Source: Candidatus Micrarchaeota archaeon (lineage in GTDB: Archaea; Micrarchaeota; Micrarchaeia; Burarchaeales; Fermentimicrarchaeaceae). Taken from it: a DNA stretch of 64,000 nt. Below the pieces are notes generated by a model. It did no database searches. It saw nothing but the letters and a program-made list of their open reading frames with translations, and was not told the origin of the DNA. Positions within the stretch are counted from its first letter, which is position 1; the number at the start of each line of letters is the position of its first letter. The stretch lies in contig JACCLG010000050.1 of assembly GCA_013425335.1 (NCBI GenBank), positions 17,532 to 81,531 on the forward strand, in the 5' to 3' direction. Below are positions 57,377-64,000 of this stretch, one piece after another. A program made the translations under genes and the position numbers.

Positions 57377-58096
57377 TTATCTTCTGAAGACAAATATTAA
57401 TAATCCGACCGCCGCAGCGATTGTAATCAGCGATACCGTGCTGCTCACGCTGGCCTGGAGCAAACCGAACCTGTGAGCTTCCCTCACTGCTTTTATGAAT
57501 ATATTGACGATGTAGACTGTGACGAATATGGCGCCCAAGAATGCAACTGACAGGTGTATGGCATAGAGAAAGCCGAGCACTCCCCCCAGAATTAGAATTA
57601 CAAGCGGGGAGAGGGGAATAACCAATGAGAGCAGGTACAAGTGCTTCTTCAGGCTGCCCATTCCCCCCACGAGCATGGCGAAAGAATATGATACCATCGC
57701 AGTAATGAGCCAGAGGAGGAGGAAAATTATGTACTGTGTGGTATACACGAAAACTCCTGTAAGCGAGCCTGCGCTCTCCTCGGAAGGCGGCTTTCCCAGA
57801 ATGACGAGGAGGAAAGCGAGTATGCCTGCGGTTACCAGGCCGACAAGCAGGTTCATTACTACTCCTGCAAAGGAAGCCAACTCGCCGCTGTTCTTGAATT
57901 CCTTATCAGGCTCTGTGAAAGCTCCTATCCACCCGCCCCAGTTGATGAGGCGGATAGCCGTCTCAACCTTCTTCGGAGATATTGAGCAATCAATGCAAAT
58001 TCTGTCAGGATACTTGCTGCATTCCTCGCAGAGCGGTCTTCCGCACTTTGAGCACTGGGCAACGGCTTTTTCACCTGGGTGGTAGGCGCATTCCAT
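57377..58096 (-). CDS. Membrane protein with N-terminal zinc-ribbon (CxxC x2) and 4-5 TM helices
   Basis: CSKCGRPLCEEC...CIDCS then polytopic TM region. Confidence 0.5.
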   Translation of the reverse strand: MECAYHPGEKAVAQCSKCGRPLCEECSKYPDRICIDCSISPKKVETAIRLINWGGWIGAFTEPDKEFKNSGELASFAGVVMNLLVGLVTAGILAFLLVILGKPPSEESAGSLTGVFVYTTQYIIFLLLWLITAMVSYSFAMLVGGMGSLKKHLYLLSLVIPLSPLVILILGGVLGFLYAIHLSVAFLGAIFVTVYIVNIFIKAVREAHRFGLLQASVSSTVSLITIAAAVGLLIFVFRR

Positions 58097-58167
58097 TCAA
58101 ACCGAATAGATTGACTTTTCGCCGCTTAATATAGTTTTCTGAAAAACAGAGGGAAAAAAGAAAAAAA

Positions 58168-58341
58168 TCATATATTCTCAATTCCCAGCTCAAGCCTTGC
58201 AGGCCTTATGGAAGTTGACCTGCATATAAGCAGCAGCGTTTCCCCGTTCCTCTTGACAAAGGAGGTTATATTCCTCCTCTCCAGGAATGAAATGAGCTGG
58301 TCAATTTCTTCATCCTTGAGCTTGGTTATGTCCATTTTCAT
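58168..58341 (-). CDS. Small protein (57 aa), copy 2 of the paralogous pair behind the duplicated promoter/5'UTR
   Basis: MKMDITKL...; same SD and promoter as 21062-21187; the ORF-track extension overlaps hsp20 and is the conserved leader read through. Confidence 0.5.
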   Translation of the reverse strand: MKMDITKLKDEEIDQLISFLERRNITSFVKRNGETLLLICRSTSIRPARLELGIENI

Positions 58342-58421
58342 CTCAATCACCTCTTCACTGCTAAGAGCTGGTTTTCCAGGGTATTTAAATAGGCGGAAGG
58401 GGGGTAGCTTTCCAGTGATCA
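58335..58421 (-). promoter_or_regulatory. Conserved 87-nt promoter + 5'UTR cassette, copy 2 (immediately downstream of hsp20)
   Basis: Near-identical to 21181-21267. Confidence 0.6.
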
Positions 58422-58958
58422 CGCTATTGGTATGCTCTCTGCCTTGGGCTTGCTCTTCTCCCTCTTCTGAAGGCATACTTCCAAAACTCCATTCTTGTAA
58501 GAAGCCTTGGCGCTCTTTGAATCCACCGTAGCAGGCAGCTTCACCTCCTTGTAGAAGTCGCTCTCCTCTCCCGGAGCAGAAATTGTGAGCGTCCTGTCGG
58601 TTGTCTTGAGGTTTATCTGGCTCTTGCTCACGCCAGGGAGTTCCACAATGACCGTTATATCGCCTTCCCTCTCAATCACGTCAACAAGCGGCTCCCTCTT
58701 GTCGCTCACCATTGGTCCTTTCATAGTGGGCCTGACATTGCCGAACTTCTGTATCACCGGCTTGCCGTCAGGGCCCACCCTCATATTAACCCCGAAAACA
58801 AGGGGCTCGCCGCTCTTGAGCTCCCCAAACCCAGAGCCCATCATCCTCCTCATCATCTCATCTATAGCTCTCCTCATATCGTCAAAATCCCCGAATGTGT
58901 CATCGCCAAAGAAATCAAACGGGTTATTAGAATCTCCTTTCTTCTTCTTGTCCGCCAT
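58419..58958 (-). CDS. hsp20: Small heat shock protein (Hsp20/alpha-crystallin family)
   Basis: ACD domain (DVIEREGDITVIVELPGV...YKNGVLEVCL). Confidence 0.8.
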   Translation of the reverse strand: MADKKKKGDSNNPFDFFGDDTFGDFDDMRRAIDEMMRRMMGSGFGELKSGEPLVFGVNMRVGPDGKPVIQKFGNVRPTMKGPMVSDKREPLVDVIEREGDITVIVELPGVSKSQINLKTTDRTLTISAPGEESDFYKEVKLPATVDSKSAKASYKNGVLEVCLQKREKSKPKAESIPIA

Positions 58959-59006
58959 CCTCTCACCTTCCAGTAATGATTATAACGAGAAAATATAAAT
59001 AATTGC

Positions 59007-59501
59007 TCACTTCTTTTCCTTTCCCTTCTCGATAATTTTTTTGGCAAGCTCTGCCCGGTTGATGAGCTGCTTGTTGAAGTTCACCTTGTCCTCGGGGGTC
59101 ATAATCTTGTCATACATGAACTGGCTGTACTCCTGCGACGTCTGCGAAATGTTGAGAAGAATATCGTGGAGCTGCGGAAGCGACAGCTTGACCTCCTCAG
59201 GGCGGAGCAGGTCTATGCCTATGGGCCCGTACCTGAAGCATACGTTGATTAGCGAGTTCAAATCTCTTACTAGCAGCTTCACCTCTGCGCATGTTGAATG
59301 CATGCCTTCATACTCTATGGGCTCCTCAATCTCCCCGGTTGCATAAACAACGCCAAGCTCGTGGGTCAGCCTGCCTACCATCTCAACCATGGAGTTTTGA
59401 ATTATCTCTGCAGAATTCCCATGGATGTCAAAATATATGATGGTCAGCAGACCGCCCTTGCCCACTATCTCATCGTTGACTTCCTCAACTGACTTACTCA
59501 T
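59007..59501 (-). CDS. Hypothetical protein (about 164 aa)
   Basis: ORF 59007..59525; the internal ATG 59501 lies 1 nt after the stop of the upstream small zinc-ribbon ORF. Confidence 0.45.
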   Translation of the reverse strand: MSKSVEEVNDEIVGKGGLLTIIYFDIHGNSAEIIQNSMVEMVGRLTHELGVVYATGEIEEPIEYEGMHSTCAEVKLLVRDLNSLINVCFRYGPIGIDLLRPEEVKLSLPQLHDILLNISQTSQEYSQFMYDKIMTPEDKVNFNKQLINRAELAKKIIEKGKEKK

Positions 59502-59502
59502 T

Positions 59503-59658
59503 CTATAACCTCTCCAGCTTCCCATCCTTCATTGTGAACCTGTGCTCCGGGTTCCGTGGGCACACATAAACGTCGTTCTGCAGCTCGAGCCTCACAGATA
59601 TGCCGTCCTTGGTGAAGCAGACCAGGCATGCTTTCGTATTGCTCCAGTCCATCGCCAT
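59503..59658 (-). CDS. Small zinc-ribbon protein (51 aa), not in ORF track
   Basis: Manual translation MAMDWSNTKACLVCFTKDGISVRLELQNDVYVCPRNPEHRFTMKDGKLERL; two CxxC-like pairs; stop TAG followed 1 nt later by the next ATG. Confidence 0.4.
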   Translation of the reverse strand: MAMDWSNTKACLVCFTKDGISVRLELQNDVYVCPRNPEHRFTMKDGKLERL

Positions 59659-59700
59659 ATCATCACCCGCATATAATTTTGTCTAAGCTCTAATATAAAT

Positions 59701-61002
59701 TTACCCATTCTTGATTACTTCTATGCATTCCTCCACTCCCAGCAGCTTTTCCTCTCCGCTTCTGAAATCCCTGAGCTTAACCTTGCCCTGCCTCATCTCC
59801 TCCTTCCCTATTATCACAACGTAGGGCATGCCAAGCGAATTCGCATAGTTGAGCTGCTTTGCCAGCGACCTTTTCCTCAGGTCAATTACTGCAGCTATGC
59901 CAGTTTCCCTGAACCTGCTTGCCACCTTGAGAGTCTCATCCCTTAAACTATCGTCGACGCTTGCTATGAATGCGCTTCTCTCCTCCCCATCTTCTTTCAT
60001 ATCGCCAATAACCTCGGCAATTCTCTCAATTCCGAAGCTTATGCCAGTTGCAGGTATCTCCTTCCCCAGAAACAGGCCAATCATCCTGTCATACCTGCCC
60101 CCTCCGGCAAGGCTCCCTATGCCCTCCGAGAAGAAAACCTCAAAGATGGGGCCGGTGTAGTACTCCATCCCCCTTGCAAGGCTGAAGTCCACCTTCAGAT
60201 TTTTCTCAGCGCCCATCTTCCCAAGGTATGAGATAAGCTCCCTCATCTCTGCAATGCCCTCTTTTCCCTCTTTTACGCTCCCTATGAGCTTCTCGCACTT
60301 GTCAAGCATCTCATCAGCCGCACCATTAAGGGAAAGCAGCTCCATGAGCTTCTCCCCTGCCTTTCTCTCAATTCCCCTCTGAGAGAGTTCCTCAAAAACC
60401 TTCTCCTTCCCAATCTTCTCAAGCTTGTCTATGGCTCGGAATGCATCGTCAACCTTTGCGCTTTCTATGCCTGCAAACTTCACCATTGCAGACAGAATCT
60501 TCCTGTCGTTGAGCCTCACCGTGAACTCCTTGAAGCCCAGTGCCTTGAAAACATCAACTGCGCATGCAACTACCTCCGCGTCAGCCAGCATGCTTTCAGA
60601 ACCGACTATATCCACATCAGCCTGCCAGAACTCCCTCAGCCTTCCCCTTGCCACGTCCCCGTACCTCCATACTGCGCCAATTTGGTATCTCTTGAAAGGC
60701 AGGGGGGTGTTCGGGTTCATTGCAATGAACCTAGCGAGTGGGACTGTCAAATCATACCTCATCCCTACTCTTCTCCCTCCCTTGTCCTCAAAATTGTACG
60801 TCTCGTTCAGTATCTCGCTTCCGCCAGCGCCCTTTGCAGAAAGCACCTCCCAGCTCTCAAGGGCAGGAGTCTCCAGAGGAGCAAAACCATAGAGTTTGAA
60901 AACTCGCCTGATGCTTTCAAGCATCCTCTCTCTCATCCTCATCTCCCCAGGCTTTAGGTCTCTCATCCCCCTCGGGGTTGAGACGGCTTCTTGACTAGGC
61001 AT
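59701..61002 (-). CDS. hisS: Histidyl-tRNA synthetase
   Basis: Class II aaRS motifs and HisRS N-terminus PRGMRD; internal ATG 61002 chosen; C-terminal anticodon-binding domain. Confidence 0.8.
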   Translation of the reverse strand: MPSQEAVSTPRGMRDLKPGEMRMRERMLESIRRVFKLYGFAPLETPALESWEVLSAKGAGGSEILNETYNFEDKGGRRVGMRYDLTVPLARFIAMNPNTPLPFKRYQIGAVWRYGDVARGRLREFWQADVDIVGSESMLADAEVVACAVDVFKALGFKEFTVRLNDRKILSAMVKFAGIESAKVDDAFRAIDKLEKIGKEKVFEELSQRGIERKAGEKLMELLSLNGAADEMLDKCEKLIGSVKEGKEGIAEMRELISYLGKMGAEKNLKVDFSLARGMEYYTGPIFEVFFSEGIGSLAGGGRYDRMIGLFLGKEIPATGISFGIERIAEVIGDMKEDGEERSAFIASVDDSLRDETLKVASRFRETGIAAVIDLRKRSLAKQLNYANSLGMPYVVIIGKEEMRQGKVKLRDFRSGEEKLLGVEECIEVIKNG

Positions 61003-61176
61003 ATAAGACACCTCTTGAAGCGCAGCTAGGGAAACCTGAAAAGCAATCAATGAAGCAAATCCCCTCTCTGCATCCCATCACTTCTGGTAACATATGTTTT
61101 TCTTTATTTAAAAACCTTGGTTTTTAAAGCCTACTGGAAGTTAGATTAATATACACCTTTTTACTAAGCCTTAGTA

Positions 61177-61515
61177 ATGCTAAAGCGCGTTACAGAGACC
61201 GAGAGGAAAGAGAACCTTCTAGGTTACTCCGTGATAGCAATATTCACGCTTATCATGATGCTGATTGTATACATGCAGCAGGGCCCGACGGTATATGTCC
61301 TGCTGATACCGCTCGTGATAACCGGAGCGCTATTCTTCACCTATCAAACTTTCAAGATATTCCTGAGGATGGTGGGCAGGGAGCTTGAAATGGGGAAAAA
61401 GGAGGCTGTGGAAGAGAAGGAGCGCGGGAAGATCCTCATGCTTGTCTGCCCCAAATGCAAGGCGAAGAACCCCGCTGATGTCGTTTACTGCTTCAGCTGC
61501 GGGGAGAAGCTATAA
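61177..61515 (+). CDS. Membrane protein with C-terminal zinc-ribbon
   Basis: Two TM helices; CPKCKAKN...CFSCGEKL. Confidence 0.45.
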   Translation: MLKRVTETERKENLLGYSVIAIFTLIMMLIVYMQQGPTVYVLLIPLVITGALFFTYQTFKIFLRMVGRELEMGKKEAVEEKERGKILMLVCPKCKAKNPADVVYCFSCGEKL

Positions 61516-61700
61516 ATTAGTTCCTTCCCTAACTTCTGCAGATGATGAGCTCTGTAACTGAAGCTTAGGCTTATGAAGAAGATCTTGAATTCTGACAATG
61601 CTTTTGACCAATTGCAAATCTATTTAAACATGTGCGCACAATAAACTAACAGTTAATGCGCCTGTGAGTTAACTCACTATGTGCGCAAGTAGGTGAAAAA

Positions 61701-61892
61701 ATGGGATATGGAAATGACAGGGGACATTCGAAAAGACGCGACTTCGGTAGGAGAAGCTTCGACGGGCCAAGGGAAATGCACAAGGCTGTCTGCTCCGAGT
61801 GTGGCGCGGAATGTGAAGTCCCTTTCAAGCCAACAGAGGGAAGACCTGTTTATTGCAGGGAATGTTGGCAGAAACACAAACCAAGTTACTAG
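61701..61892 (+). CDS. Small zinc-ribbon protein (63 aa)
   Basis: CSECGAEC...CRECW; SD 'aggtga' upstream. Confidence 0.5.
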   Translation: MGYGNDRGHSKRRDFGRRSFDGPREMHKAVCSECGAECEVPFKPTEGRPVYCRECWQKHKPSY

Positions 61893-61904
61893 AAGAATAA
61901 CAAC

Positions 61905-62522
61905 CTAATTCTCTCTTTTCTCTTCCTTTTTCCTAAAGTAATTGCTGCCGAGCTCTTTTTTCAGCTTCAGGAAATATTTCCTCGTAAATTCATAGTTTTC
62001 CCTGCAAATCTTTCTTGACTGTCTGAAATGCAGGTTCCTGAACCTCTCTTTGACATTCTCACAAACATGTTCGGCTATCTCCCTTATGCCCCATCCTCTT
62101 TTTGCGTATATATCCAAGTAGCGGAACACTCCGACAGCGCCGAATGCATCCATATTGTCGCAGTCAAACAATATCTTCGATTCAAGGCTCTTTCTCTGCT
62201 TCTTCACGTCATCATGCTGCTCTATTGCCTCCAGTGCAGAAGATATTTTACCCTCGGGAAAGCCAATTCTCTCAAGCGCTTTCCTTGCTATTCTGGCACT
62301 TTCTTTCCCGTGCTTCAAATCGTTTGTATGCGCAACTCCTACATCGTGGAGGAAGACAGCTGCAACGAGCACTTCCATATCCGCGTTAAACTCCTTTCCA
62401 AGCTTCTCGGCATTCTTCCAAACCCTCATGGAGTGGTTTAAATCATGGGATTCCATCCTTCTGCCCTTAAACTCCCTCCTGCATTCCTCAGAGAGCGCAT
62501 AGAGCCATTTGGAGTATTCCAT
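61905..62522 (-). CDS. HD-domain phosphohydrolase
   Basis: H...HD motif (NHSMRVW, FLHDVGV). Confidence 0.65.
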   Translation of the reverse strand: MEYSKWLYALSEECRREFKGRRMESHDLNHSMRVWKNAEKLGKEFNADMEVLVAAVFLHDVGVAHTNDLKHGKESARIARKALERIGFPEGKISSALEAIEQHDDVKKQRKSLESKILFDCDNMDAFGAVGVFRYLDIYAKRGWGIREIAEHVCENVKERFRNLHFRQSRKICRENYEFTRKYFLKLKKELGSNYFRKKEEKREN

Positions 62523-62526
62523 CTGC

Positions 62527-63237
62527 TCATCTCACAGGCAGATATCTCTTGAAAATAGCAACTTTTTCCACAGGAATTCTGGGGAAATCCGTGATGAGCA
62601 TAAGGTTTGCGTAATAAACCGCTGAGTGGATTGGCCCCCTTTTTGAAATTCTCCTCGCTGACGTTACAACTTTCGGCTCAGGAAGGTAAACAACCCTCCC
62701 TTTCTCCCAGAGCTTTCTTGCAAATGCGCCGTCTTCCATCGGCTGGTTGGGGAACCCGCCGGTCTCAAAAAACATTTTCCTCGTAACCGCGTTGTTGAAG
62801 CCGAGTATCTCGCCCTTTCCCCTCATGCCCTTGAAAAGCAGGTAGCTGTTGGAAAGCTCCTCTATTGCATCCAGAACCCTGCTGTGCTTTTCAAATCTGA
62901 AAGCGCATGAAAGCCCGCTTATGCTATCATCAAAAAGGACTGCATTCACAGCATCCAGGTAGTTTGGCGGTATTGTCGTGTCCGCATCAACAAAGACAAG
63001 GACCTTTCCCCTGGATTTCCTGGCTCCGGTGTTCCTCCCAATCCATGTCCCTCTTTTCTCTACATTTACAACCCTGTCCGCATACCTCTCGGCAATCTCC
63101 ACAGTCCTGTCCTCGCTGCTGTTATCCGCAACTACAACCTCGTAGTTCAGTGAAGTCTTCTGCTTGCATGCGGACTCAAGCGTGCTTTTTATATACTTCT
63201 CCTCATTCAGTGCGGGTATTATTATTGAAGCGTCCAT
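62527..63237 (-). CDS. Family 2 glycosyltransferase
   Basis: N-terminal IIIPALNEE, DxD-like VFVDADT. Confidence 0.7.
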   Translation of the reverse strand: MDASIIIPALNEEKYIKSTLESACKQKTSLNYEVVVADNSSEDRTVEIAERYADRVVNVEKRGTWIGRNTGARKSRGKVLVFVDADTTIPPNYLDAVNAVLFDDSISGLSCAFRFEKHSRVLDAIEELSNSYLLFKGMRGKGEILGFNNAVTRKMFFETGGFPNQPMEDGAFARKLWEKGRVVYLPEPKVVTSARRISKRGPIHSAVYYANLMLITDFPRIPVEKVAIFKRYLPVR

Positions 63238-63295
63238 ATCAAACCTTATGCATGTTGCTAATAATAAATAGTTATCATCCTACGGAGGTTTTAGA

Positions 63296-63982
63296 ATGGG
63301 AGAGAGATTTGCTAGGGTTATGGAGAAACTCAAATCGCTCTCAGACCCAAAAGCGGTTGAGGGAATGGCGCGGTTCGGCATTAACCCGCATAACACCTAC
63401 GGCGTATCCATACCAAACATAAGAAAAATCGCCAAGGAAGCGGGGAGAAATCACCTTCTTGCGCAGCAGTTGTGGGAGTCTGGCGTGCATGAGGCCAGAA
63501 TACTTGCCTGCATGATTGACGACCCAAAAATGGTTGGAGAAGGGCAGATTGAAAGCTGGGTCAGGGGCTTTGACTCCTGGGATGTGTGCGACCAGTGCTG
63601 CAGCAACCTTTTTGACAGGACAGAATTCGCACATAGGAAAGCAGCTGAATGGAGCAGAAGAAAAGAGGAGTTTGTCAAGAGGGCTGGCTTTGCGCTCGTG
63701 GCCGCCCTCTCAGTCCATGACAAGGGAGCAACGGATGAGGAATTCCTGAAGTTTCTTCCGATAATAAAGAGGGAAGCGGATGACGAGAGGAACTTTGTCA
63801 GGAAAGCCGTGAACTGGGCTCTGAGGCAGATTGGCAAGCGCAATAAAAATTTGAACAAAGCCGCAGTTGAAACTGCAGAAGAAATCCAAAGGATGGATTC
63901 AAAAAGTGCAAAGTGGATTGCATCTGATGCTTTGAGAGAGCTGAAAAGCAGTGCTGTCCAGAAGAGGCTGAAGTCTACTTGA
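63296..63982 (+). CDS. DNA alkylation repair protein (AlkD/AlkC-like HEAT-repeat glycosylase family)
   Basis: Characteristic N-terminus ...KAVEGMARFGINPHNTYGVSIPNIRKIAKE and HEAT-like repeats. Confidence 0.65.
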   Translation: MGERFARVMEKLKSLSDPKAVEGMARFGINPHNTYGVSIPNIRKIAKEAGRNHLLAQQLWESGVHEARILACMIDDPKMVGEGQIESWVRGFDSWDVCDQCCSNLFDRTEFAHRKAAEWSRRKEEFVKRAGFALVAALSVHDKGATDEEFLKFLPIIKREADDERNFVRKAVNWALRQIGKRNKNLNKAAVETAEEIQRMDSKSAKWIASDALRELKSSAVQKRLKST

Positions 63983-64000
63983 CCAGAATCTCTTTTAGTT

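Noticed and set aside
1-64000. CRISPR arrays, rRNA genes, integrases/transposases
   Set aside because: No regularly spaced direct repeats of 24-40 nt with unique spacers were found. There are no rRNA-like conserved stretches. No ORF shows tyrosine-recombinase (R..H..R..Y) or DDE transposase features. The accessory region therefore lacks an identifiable mobility gene in this window.

Overview
Archaeal chromosomal segment of roughly 48% GC. Evidence for archaea: a tRNA-Ala with a 13-nt intron at the canonical 37/38 position, leaderless genes behind TATA boxes of the type 'tttaaata', a secE-nusG(spt5)-L11 cluster, an L1-L10(P0)-L12(P1) operon, CDP-archaeol synthase, deoxyhypusine synthase, and an AMP phosphorylase + ribose-1,5-bisphosphate isomerase pair. 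Gene packing is tight, with many 1-10 nt overlaps.

Housekeeping and central-metabolism genes occupy 1-26.7 kb and 46.8-64 kb. These include alaS (3' end), an ABC ATPase / surface protein / FtsX permease triad, sppA, carS, ftsZ, ribosomal proteins, nadA/nadC/nadX, panE/panB, a PPAT-ITPase fusion, trm1, trpS and hisS.

Between tRNA-Ala (26.75 kb) and about 46.8 kb lies a mosaic, partly AT-rich accessory region. Its contents:
- a JAB/MPN-like protein;
- a non-coding block rich in iteron-like repeats;
- an AT-rich island carrying a beta-class DNA methyltransferase, a small putative nuclease and a PD-(D/E)xK + DGQHR(DndB-like) fusion protein;
- a Csa3-like CARF-wHTH regulator gene overlapping an RNase J-like beta-CASP nuclease gene, beside a PD-(D/E)xK protein;
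- a single-repeat (half-size) TBP paralog;
- an operon of a wHTH regulator, a HExxH + P-loop protein and an M49-like Zn peptidase.

Several repeat classes stand out. An 87-nt promoter + 5'UTR cassette is present twice, each copy driving a divergent small-protein paralog. A 21-nt identical promoter cassette is present three times. A conserved leaderless core promoter ('aaggcataatttag') precedes four unrelated genes. A 117-bp tandem duplication sits inside a PQQ beta-propeller gene. No CRISPR array, rRNA gene or integrase was seen.
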